Source: Actinomycetota bacterium (GTDB lineage: Bacteria > Actinomycetota > Coriobacteriia > Anaerosomatales > D1FN1-002). Taken from it: a stretch of 63,768 bases of DNA. The notes beneath the pieces were generated by a model, which saw only the letters and a program-made list of their open reading frames with translations, made no database searches and had not been told where the DNA came from. The stretch is from positions 16,433 through 80,200 of the forward strand of contig JBBIJK010000005.1 of the NCBI GenBank assembly GCA_037445995.1, read 5' to 3'. Positions 1 to 8,500 of the stretch are shown here, piece by piece (position 1 is the first letter of the stretch; the number at the start of each line of letters is the position of its first letter). Both the position numbers and the translations under genes were made by a program.

Positions 1-720
1 CCGCCGCCAGACCCTGTCTCCCTCCCGCACCGCCAGGTACGCCCTGGCCTCGGTGACCACCGGTCCCTGGTAGTCGAACTCCATGTCCTCCAGGGTGATG
101 AACGCTCCGGTGAAGGGGACGCCGCGATCAGGAAGCTGCGTTATCCGCTGGTGGGACTCCCTTACATCGGGCGTCTCGACGCCCTCGACCAGCAGCATCT
201 CCCCTTCGAACCTGGTCATGGCCGTGACGACCCCGGCGAGGATCACAGCCACCATGCCCCAGTGCATGACCAGCGAACCGGTGTGCCCTCGACGGCCCGA
301 GACGCAGACCACTCCCCCCGGCGCCTCCGCGCACGCCCTGGCGTTCCAGCCGCCCCCGAGCGCCAGGGCCGCCTCGGCCGGCCCCAGACGCCAGGCGATC
401 TCATGAGCCGATTCCGGAGGCTTTCCGACAGAGCCGAACCGCCGGTCGCGACGCTTCGACCTCAGAGCCGTGCACGCCGCGAGATTCACGGACAGGAGCA
501 CGGTCACGACATAGAACGGCCATGAGTGGAACACCCGGTCCAGGCCGAGCGCGAGCGCCGGCTCGGCCAGCCACGGCTCCGACTCGCGCCACCGGTCGAC
601 GACGTTGGTCCCGAGCGTCGCGCTCTGGGGCACGACCACCGACAACACGGACATGACGAGCAGCACCGCGATGAGAGCGGCCGCCAGCCTGATGGAAGCG
701 AGGGCCCTCAGGGCCTTCAT
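1..720 (-). CDS. ResB/CcsB-like cytochrome c biogenesis protein (System II); C-terminal part lies beyond the window edge
   Basis: Absent from the ORF track because there is no stop inside the window. My own translation of the reverse strand from ATG 720-718 gives 240 open codons: MKALRALASIRLAAALIAVLLVMSVLSVVVPQ...RVFHSWPFYVVTVLLSVNLAACTALRSKRR...GHTGSLVMHWGMVAVILAGVV. This shows a ResB-type N-terminal TM, an SWxF helix with Cys/Arg, and a His-containing TM. The ATG overlaps the upstream stop (ATGA at 717-720). Confidence 0.7.
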   Translation of the reverse strand, partial: MKALRALASIRLAAALIAVLLVMSVLSVVVPQSATLGTNVVDRWRESEPWLAEPALALGLDRVFHSWPFYVVTVLLSVNLAACTALRSKRRDRRFGSVGKPPESAHEIAWRLGPAEAALALGGGWNARACAEAPGGVVCVSGRRGHTGSLVMHWGMVAVILAGVVTAMTRFEGEMLLVEGVETPDVRESHQRITQLPDRGVPFTGAFITLEDMEFDYQGPVVTEARAYLAVREGDRVWRR

Positions 721-2303
721 CGACCGTCCCCGGCAGCCGCCGGGTCCCCTACCCTCCACTCAGGCGCCTGCGCGAGGGCTTCGTCCGGAGCCGGCCATGC
801 CTTCACACCCCGCACGCCCTTCGACAGGACCCTCTCGGGCAGCGGCCACAGGTCGATGACGACAGCGAGGTCGTACAGCCGCCGTCCGGCGCGCTGCATG
901 GCCCGCTTGGAAGCCTCAGGGTCGGGCGCGGACCTGGCCTGGCGGTACGCCTCCTCGACCTCGGGATCGTCAAGGTGGCCGAAGTTCAGCCCCCACGGCC
1001 GCTCCCATGAAGGATGGTCTCCCGCCACGAACTGGAACGCCCACCCCCACGGCCTCCCCTCCGGGATGGCCAGGTAGTACGCGGGCTTCACGCCGCGGGC
1101 GACGTCGCCGTACTCCACCCACGATGTGCGAGGCCAGGTCGAGCCCTGCCCGATGACGCCGTACATGCCCGAAGAGGCCCACACGTTGGTGATGTGTTGC
1201 GTGACGGCCGCATCCTCGCGCGTCATCGCGTGGGTGCCCGTGAACAGGTCCAGCCGCTTGCCCTCCTTCATCCTGACCCCGCGGGCGGCGTCGAACAGGT
1301 ACCCGGCCGCCTCGAAGGTCCGGGCCGCGGCCCGCGTGTCCGGACGGCTGCGCGAGGGAGGCGCGATCCCGAACGGATAGGCCGCCTCGGGCAGGTCGGG
1401 CGGGACTGTGGTCGAGGTCATCGCCGCCACGGCGCGCCTCAGCCCGACGTCGTTCCACCTCTGCCCCGGGCGGGTGTCGAAGGCCAGCCGCTTCCAGACG
1501 GGCCCCCAGGTGGTCGAAAGCGACTCGGCGTCACTGGCGGGGCCGAGCGGAGCGTCGAGCCAGACGGCGGCCGCGGCCTGGTCGAACGCCCTAGCCGCCT
1601 CCGCGGAGTCCCGGTGGGGCGAGATGGTCAGCGAGGGGGCCCCCGGGGCCCGCGGCGCAAGGTCCACCTCGCCCCCTGGAGCCGCGTACTCCACCTCATA
1701 GGGGCCCGAGACGACGGGCGCCTGCCAGTAGGAGTCGCGGGCGGGGTCCGCGCTCCCGGAAAGCACGTGCTCAGGAAGGACGTATGGCGCCAGCCTCCAC
1801 GCCAGGACGGAGTCCGGGCCAGACATCCTGACCACGACCGTACGGTCGTCGGGGGTGTCGACGCTCTCTATGACCGACATGTCCTCCGCCGGGTCGTCCG
1901 TCAGCCGGCCGTCCGCGAGCAGGCGGATGGTGAACGCGACGTCCCGCGATGTGAGCGGGGTCCCGTCAGACCACTCGGCATCCTCGGTCACGCGGTAGGT
2001 CACGGTCCTGCCCCCGTCGCCTAAGCCGCCGTTGGCCACCGTCGGCACCTCCACGGCCAGATCGGGCTCGGGCCCGCCGTCGGGGCCGACGGCGAACAGG
2101 CCGCGAAGGAGCAGCCGGCCGATGCGACGGTCCGATGTCCGGGGGGAGTAGGGGTTGAGCGTCAGGCCGCGCTCCTCCGTGACAACCACGACGGTCTCAG
2201 CGGCGCCACCCGAGCCGCCCTGTCCGGGCGCTCCCGCGCAGCCGGTGGCGAACGCGACAAGGAGCAGCCCCGCGAGCGCCGCGCTGCCGATCCGGCCTCT
2301 CAC
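717..2303 (-). CDS. ABC-type substrate-binding lipoprotein, family 5 (peptide/nickel/heme-type SBP); no permease or ATPase nearby
   Basis: ORF 717..2555. The likely GTG start at 2303 (GTGA overlap with the upstream stop) gives the lipoprotein signal VRGRIGSAALAGLLLVAFATGC. The body has the family-5 SBP hallmark region TYRVTEDAEWSDGTPLTSRDVAFTIRLL. Confidence 0.7.
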   Translation of the reverse strand: MRGRIGSAALAGLLLVAFATGCAGAPGQGGSGGAAETVVVVTEERGLTLNPYSPRTSDRRIGRLLLRGLFAVGPDGGPEPDLAVEVPTVANGGLGDGGRTVTYRVTEDAEWSDGTPLTSRDVAFTIRLLADGRLTDDPAEDMSVIESVDTPDDRTVVVRMSGPDSVLAWRLAPYVLPEHVLSGSADPARDSYWQAPVVSGPYEVEYAAPGGEVDLAPRAPGAPSLTISPHRDSAEAARAFDQAAAAVWLDAPLGPASDAESLSTTWGPVWKRLAFDTRPGQRWNDVGLRRAVAAMTSTTVPPDLPEAAYPFGIAPPSRSRPDTRAAARTFEAAGYLFDAARGVRMKEGKRLDLFTGTHAMTREDAAVTQHITNVWASSGMYGVIGQGSTWPRTSWVEYGDVARGVKPAYYLAIPEGRPWGWAFQFVAGDHPSWERPWGLNFGHLDDPEVEEAYRQARSAPDPEASKRAMQRAGRRLYDLAVVIDLWPLPERVLSKGVRGVKAWPAPDEALAQAPEWRVGDPAAAGDGR

Positions 2304-3385
2304 CGCTTGACCTCCCCGTACCTCAGGACCGTTACCCCTTCGGCGTCGGCGTCCAGCAGCCACAGGGCGCCGGCCGCCACGCGCGCGCGGGGCAGCAGGT
2401 CGGGCAGGAACACCGACCAGGGAACGATCTCCCTGGCGATCAGGCGCCCGGTATGCGAGGCCGCTATGACCTCCGCCTCGGGCACGAGGGCGTAGGGCCA
2501 GCCCGCGCGACCGACAGCGACCTCGGGGGCGAAGCTCCGGGGCATGACCACCCACACCACGTCTCCGTCAACCCCCAGAGGGGTCGACATGCCGGGCACG
2601 CGCAGCATCGAGCCGTCAGGCCACGTGATCGTGTGGGTGCTGTCCTCGGTGGGGTTGAACCCGTCCTCCTCCAGGAGCCTGCGGTACATGCGGCCCGCGG
2701 TGTCGGCGCCGGCGCCCACCACCGCGACCTGCTCCTCGACGGGCGCCGGACCTTCGGCCAGCAGCTCGACGATTGGCACCGCCTGGGGCTCGAACCGCAT
2801 CGCCGCCGGGACGTCGTCGAACATGAAGATCTCGGACGTCACGAACAACCTGTCTTCGGCCCTGAACAGGTTCGCGCTGTTCACTTCGGCCGGTATGGGG
2901 AAACTGGCCTCCACGGAACCGTCCTCACTCAGGAGCCTCAGCGTCTCGCTCATGGACTCCCCCCGGGCGGTGACGTACATGATGCCGTTGCCGAACGGCT
3001 CGAAGAGCGTCGAGCCCGGAGGGGTCATCCAGGTGGCCTCCAGCTTCCCCTCAGGGGAGAAGCGGCGAACCCTGGCGCCGACGTGCCAGCCGGGATGATC
3101 GGCCAGCAGGATCCTCCCGTCCGGCGTCACGGCCAGCCTGCCCACCGTCGAGCCTGACCCCTCGGGGTCCGCCCAGACGTCGCCGTCTCCCGTGCCCCAC
3201 GGCAGGCGCAGCACGACCGTGGGCTCAAGGTCGAGCGCTGGAGGCTGCGAGAGGTCGACCTGTGGCACGAGCTCAGGCGGCGGCTTCCCCGCCCCGCCGA
3301 ACAGGTAGGTCGCGAACCCCGCGCCCAGCAGGGCCGCTATAGCCGCGCTGCCGATGACGATGCCGCGCACGGTCCGCCGGTCCAT
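2300..3385 (-). CDS. Hypothetical protein with an N-terminal TM anchor and an extracytoplasmic domain
   Basis: 361-aa ORF with ATG at 3385 preceded by GGAGGA. N-terminus MDRRTVRGIVIGSAAIAALLGAGFATYLF is one hydrophobic helix. No motif recognised in the rest. Packed between ccsA-like and SBP genes with 12-nt and overlapping junctions. Confidence 0.6.
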   Translation of the reverse strand: MDRRTVRGIVIGSAAIAALLGAGFATYLFGGAGKPPPELVPQVDLSQPPALDLEPTVVLRLPWGTGDGDVWADPEGSGSTVGRLAVTPDGRILLADHPGWHVGARVRRFSPEGKLEATWMTPPGSTLFEPFGNGIMYVTARGESMSETLRLLSEDGSVEASFPIPAEVNSANLFRAEDRLFVTSEIFMFDDVPAAMRFEPQAVPIVELLAEGPAPVEEQVAVVGAGADTAGRMYRRLLEEDGFNPTEDSTHTITWPDGSMLRVPGMSTPLGVDGDVVWVVMPRSFAPEVAVGRAGWPYALVPEAEVIAASHTGRLIAREIVPWSVFLPDLLPRARVAAGALWLLDADAEGVTVLRYGEVKR

Positions 3386-3397
3386 GGTCCTCCGTGA

Positions 3398-4201
3398 TCA
3401 GTATGGCCTGATGAGCGTGATCTCGAAATGGTGGTAAGTCCCCGGGAAGACGCTCCATATCCACAGCGCGAGCAGCAGCAGCGGGAGCACCGACACGACC
3501 GCTGCGGCAAGCCCTCTGCCGGACAGACTATAGAACAGCCGGGCGTGGATGACGAGGGCGTAGGCGAGCCATGCGACCATGGACAGCGTGCCCACCACGT
3601 CCCAGCGCCAGAACTCGGCGAACAGCAGGTAGAGGTACCAAGCGCCGGTCAGTATCATCGCCGTCATCGCCAGGAAGCCGACGTTGAGCCACGAGCCGAT
3701 CGCGTCGTCGGACGCCTCGGGCGTCATGCCCCAGGCCGGACGGCCGAGCAGTCTGGGGACGGACACGCTGGTGGCGGCGAGGAAGCCGGCGAACGCCACC
3801 CACGCGAAGATCGCGTGCGCCTCCACCCAGAGCGACTGCTCGGAGATGGTGAGCGGCAGAGGCTCCCGCCGGAAGAAAGCCCCGTAAAGCAGGAGGGCCA
3901 GGGACCAGGGCGCCGCCCAGCCCCACGCGCCCGCGGAGTCACGCCGCAGCGAAGTGACGACGGCCGCCCAGGCCAGGAACACCGACGCCAGGAGCGTGTT
4001 CTCGAACGTCCCGAACATCGGGATGTGGCCGGCCGCGGCCCACCTCAGGGCCACCGCGAGGGTGCCCAGGACCGCGACGGCCCGGCAGACCCACCGCGAC
4101 CACGCCAGCGGCCCCCGCGCGACCGCCCACAACAGCAGGACGCACAGGACGATCACCCCGGTGGAGTAGACGGCCAGCGAGACCTCGAACGCCGCTCTCA
4201 C
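3398..4201 (-). CDS. ccsA: CcsA/ResC-like cytochrome c assembly protein (System II heme handling)
   Basis: 267-aa polytopic membrane ORF. Contains GHIPMFGTFENTL, the Trp-rich segment GAWYLYLLFAEFWRWDVVGTLSMVAWLAYALVIHARL (a degenerate WWD domain followed by the conserved His), and an internal VEAHAIFAW His. The GTG start overlaps the stop of the upstream resB-like gene (GTGA). Confidence 0.75.
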   Translation of the reverse strand: MRAAFEVSLAVYSTGVIVLCVLLLWAVARGPLAWSRWVCRAVAVLGTLAVALRWAAAGHIPMFGTFENTLLASVFLAWAAVVTSLRRDSAGAWGWAAPWSLALLLYGAFFRREPLPLTISEQSLWVEAHAIFAWVAFAGFLAATSVSVPRLLGRPAWGMTPEASDDAIGSWLNVGFLAMTAMILTGAWYLYLLFAEFWRWDVVGTLSMVAWLAYALVIHARLFYSLSGRGLAAAVVSVLPLLLLALWIWSVFPGTYHHFEITLIRPY

Positions 4202-5535
4202 GTCCCGGCCCCCTTACCCGAGGCGCCATCCGAGATACGGCGCCCGACCTCGCGGGCCAGAGGAAGGCCGGCGGCGCGCCCCGGCCGTCCGTCGACGCGA
4301 GCGAGGACCCCGAGCCCCTCGCCGTGCCTCCAGACGACCACGTGCCTGGCCGGGAGAAGGGTACGGCATCCAAGCCCGGCCGTCATCATCACGCCCGCCA
4401 GCGCCAGCAGCGGCCAGCCGTACGAGCGCCACACGCGAAGGACGCCGAAGCGCCGCATCTCGGCCACCCTCACGTCCATGCCCGACACGCCGAGCGTCTC
4501 ACCCACCGACACCAGACGCCTGCCTTCCACCACCCCTGAAGGGAAGGTGCGCTCGACCCCCATCAGCACCTTTGGGTTCCGCAGGTTGTAGCTGGCCGAG
4601 ACGTCACGGCCCCCCATCCTCGCGTGGTCGGGGTACACCACCATCGACACCGTGTAGCCATGCCCCGGCAGGCGCACCCTGTCGAGCGAGCCGGGCGGGA
4701 AGAGCGCCGCGGCGGCTATGACCTCCTCGACCACCTCGCCGGATGGCGACAGCAGCTGGATGCGGGGGGCGTACCCGAAATCCTGCACCGACATCAGCGT
4801 GAACGGGTCCAGCCAAAGAGGCGAGGACAGGGAGAACCCCCGCGTCCTCCCGGTGCCCTCCTCCACCACCGTCGCCGCCAGCCGCTCGAACAGCAGCACG
4901 TCTTGGAAGAAGGACGGCTCGAGTGTCTCAAGCGTCAGGCTGGCCGCCGATGAGGGCAACGCCTCCCAATCCCCCTCTCCGGCCGCGAGGCCAGCGAGCG
5001 GGACGTCGCTGCTCTGACCCTCGATGAGCCTGAACTGGATCGAGCCGGCGGTCGCGGCGTGCGCCACCAGCCCGGCCGCCAGCAGAGGCACGCCCAGGTG
5101 GAAGAGCGAGCCCGACAGCAGCGACCATCGCCTCTGGACGCCCGTGACCCGGTCCTCAAGGCGCGAGACCGCGAATCCCATTCGGCCCAGAGCGGCCTGC
5201 GCGGCCTCCAAGTCCCCCACGCAACTATCCATCGGCTCAAGAGGCAGAGGGCGGCCGGCGGAGCGCTTCAGCCGCAGGCGGCCGAGGTCCTTGCCCAAGC
5301 GCGCCAGGCCGCAGACGGCGCTTGTGGCCACCAGCGCCCAGTGGGCTGCCCTGAAGGGCAGCCAGTCGTTGCCGATGCCCCGGAGCGTCGCCTCGGGCTG
5401 GCCGGTGAGCTGGAACGGGACCAGCCACACCAGCGCCAGCGCGATCCACGCCCCGATCACCCAGAAGGACGCGACGCGCGACGACATGGCGTCGAGGAAC
5501 AGACTCAGGGCGCGCCGTACCGGCGTGCGCATCAA
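4198..5535 (-). CDS. ResB/CcsB-like cytochrome c biogenesis protein, divergent copy
   Basis: 445-aa ORF (ATG at 5532 is the second codon). Layout is N-terminal TM, WLPFRAAHWALVATSAVCGLARL helix, RRWSLLSGSLFHLGVPLLAAGLVAH helix, a large soluble middle and a C-terminal TM WPLLALAGVMMTAGLG, which is ResB-like topology. Lies 38 nt downstream of the giant cytochrome gene. Confidence 0.6.
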   Translation of the reverse strand: MMRTPVRRALSLFLDAMSSRVASFWVIGAWIALALVWLVPFQLTGQPEATLRGIGNDWLPFRAAHWALVATSAVCGLARLGKDLGRLRLKRSAGRPLPLEPMDSCVGDLEAAQAALGRMGFAVSRLEDRVTGVQRRWSLLSGSLFHLGVPLLAAGLVAHAATAGSIQFRLIEGQSSDVPLAGLAAGEGDWEALPSSAASLTLETLEPSFFQDVLLFERLAATVVEEGTGRTRGFSLSSPLWLDPFTLMSVQDFGYAPRIQLLSPSGEVVEEVIAAAALFPPGSLDRVRLPGHGYTVSMVVYPDHARMGGRDVSASYNLRNPKVLMGVERTFPSGVVEGRRLVSVGETLGVSGMDVRVAEMRRFGVLRVWRSYGWPLLALAGVMMTAGLGCRTLLPARHVVVWRHGEGLGVLARVDGRPGRAAGLPLAREVGRRISDGASGKGAGT

Positions 5536-5574
5536 GCTAGATGACCTCCGATCACGTCATGCCGTACGGCGGCC

Positions 5575-8500
5575 CTACCTGCGTCGGCTGTAGTAGTAGA
5601 TGACGCCGTCGGAGCCGCGAGGGTTGGTGGGACCGTGCTCGTTGCAGGTAGCGTAGGTCGACGTGAACTCCTGCGTCACGCAGTTGGCGGCGCCGTCGGG
5701 CAGGTTCGCCCCTACGTCCTCGTACCGGTGCGAGGCTCCCCAGACCGCGCCGTTCATCATGCGATAGCCCGCCGCGGTCCACTGCGCCGTCGGGGACGCC
5801 TCGCGGTTGGTGCCGTGGAGGGCGCCCGACGACGGCCAGCCCGTGCGGGGTCTGGCGCCGTGGCACTGGTAGCAGCCGATGTTCATCAGGTGAGCCATCC
5901 CCCAGCTTGCGGTGCCGGCGTCGTCGACCCTGCTGCACCCCGAATGGTTGAATCGCGACAGGTTACGGTAGGTCGCGCCGTTGACATACACGTCGGCGCG
6001 GTGGCAGTTCACGCAGAAGTTGGACGCGTTGGTGTTGGTGTTGTTGTTGGGCAGGAGGACCGATCCGCCAGCGACCGTGACCTTGACGGCGGTGTCCTTA
6101 CCTCGAAGTTGCCAGCGGCTCGAGGAGCCGTGAGGCGTATGGCAGTCGGTGCAGGTCACGAGGCTGGCGGCCTGCCATCCGTTGGTGAAGGTGTTGGACA
6201 GGCCGTTGTTGATCTCCGCGGTGCCGATGCGGCGGCGCCCCGCGCTGGTGTTCCAGTTGGTGTTGGCGTTGACCGGGGGCTGGTTCCAGCCGCGAGCGAA
6301 CACCGGGTGGTATGAGGTCATCGACGGGTTGAAGTCGCGACCGACGTCGGTCTGCTGACCGCCGCCCATTGCGCCCGCGCCGGACTGGTTGGCCGTGCTC
6401 AGGCTCACGAGCGGCGTGGCGGCGGTGCTCCACGCGTAGCGGCTGTGGCACTTCAGGCACAGCTGCCACTGGTAGGAGATCGTCTCGACCTTGGAGTACG
6501 TCGGGAAGGCGGGGGTGATGGTGGTCCCGCTCCCCGTCCACGTCCCGTTGACCGACCCGGAGATGGTGACGCCCCAGACGCCGTACAGGGCCCCTCCGAG
6601 CGGTACGGCAGTGTCGGTCGGCCTCACGCTGTGGAATTCCGGCAGGGTCGATGCACCGGAACGTGTCGCGTGGACGTTGTGGCAGTCCATGCAGCTCGCG
6701 TGCCGGGTGGCACCGACGTTCCAGCCCGCGGCCGTGTTCTCCTGCGCGGAGTGCCGCTCCCGGCCGATCGGGTGGCGGTACGGACGCGCGAAGTCGCTCT
6801 CGACGCGGCTGGCCGGCCAGGTCAGCGGCTGGGAATCGTAGTAGTCGCGCCGCTTGACCGCGTTGGGGTTGCCAAAGCCGTGGCACCGGTAGCACAGCGT
6901 CGGGTAGGAGGTGCCCGTCGCGTTGATGGAGACGCCCATGCCGGCCAGCAGCGTGGCCTCGGCGGAGAAGTGGAGGCCAAAGCGGTCGGGGCCGATCGCC
7001 TTGCTGCCGGTGTTCTCGTCGTCGTGGCACTTGGAGCAGTTCGCCCTGAAGTTGGGCTGCCCCGCGGCCAGGGTGCCCGGGACCGAATAGTTGTGCGCCG
7101 AGGCGGCGTAGTCCTGCGGGGATATCCCGAAGACGATCGGGCCGCCGCCGGCCCTCTGGTTGACGTTGTCCCTTGGCATGTTGGAGGAGTGGCAGCTCAG
7201 GCAGATCCCGTAGCTCGGGTTGCCGCTGGCGATGAAGTCGGTGTTGGTGCCCCCCGTCGAAGGCTGGGCGCCGATCGAGAAGCGCAGGTTCGCGGCGGGG
7301 TTGGCGTTGAAGTAGTTGTGGTCCACGTGGCAGGAGACGCACTGCAGCACCGACGTCGATGTCGGATAGGCACCGGTGCCGGGCGCCGCGTCAGGCGGCG
7401 AGCCGTCGAGCACGTGATGGAAGAAGCCGGTCTGACCCGTGTTCATCGCCTGATACGGATGGCATCCGTAGCAGGGCAGGGTGCCGTTGGAGCCGCCGCC
7501 CGTGGGCTGGTGGACGTCCGCGTGACAGCCCAGGCAGCTCTGCGTGGTGTCGTAGTGGTAGTGGCCGTTGACGTTGGGCAGCCTCAGCTTGGGGCCGACC
7601 GCCTGCCCGACCGCCGACTGCGTGAAGCGGCTGAAGCCAAGGGCGCGGTCCCCGACGGTGACGGACTGCATCGCCGAGCCGTTCCAGCCCGAGTTGCCGC
7701 TGGCGGTGGTGTGACAGCTGAAGCAGAAGTTGCGGACACCCTGGGCGGTACCCACGTTGAGCTCGCCCACGCCGTCACCGACGGTCACCGTCGTGCCGTT
7801 GTACTGCGTGATCACCTGCAGGCCGTACGTGGTCTCGCCCGAGCCGTGCGGGTTGTGGCACGCGTAGCACGGGATCGGCGAGCCGCCGGCGAACACGGTG
7901 CCGGTGGTGGACACGGTGCGGTGGCCCGAGCGGGGGTCGGTGCTGGAGCCGCCGACCGACGTCGGGTACTTGGCCCTGATGTCCAGCGTCGATGGCGAGC
8001 CGTCGTGGCAGGTGAAGCAGAAGGTGAACGAGGTGTTCGTGAACGTGCTGGTGGACGGGGTGCCTCGCAGGTCGTCAAGGGGGTTGGCGGTCCCGTGGAC
8101 ATCGTGGCACTGCTTGCAGTCGCCGCTGACGTAGGGGTTGGGCGAGAAGTCGGGCCAGCGCACGTTGACCGTCGAGGTGTTGTGGATGCCGCGCGCGATC
8201 CAGGTGGCAAAGCCCGGCCAGGCGCCGTCGGTCGGGTAGAACGAGGCTGTCAGCGATGGATGGGCCTGCGCCGGGAACCCGGTCGAGGCGACGTTGTGGC
8301 ACGCCTGGCAGACGCGGTTGTCGTTTGCGGTGATCGTCAGGGCGCCGATCGTGTTGACGTTGCTGGCGGCCTGGTAGGTGCCGAGCAGCTTGGGCGCCGC
8401 CGAGCCGTGCTTGTCGTGACAGTCGTCGCAGGTCTGGATCTCGCCGGCCGATATCGAGCCGTTGGGGATCCAGTGGCTGCGGGCCTGGTTGGGTGACTTG

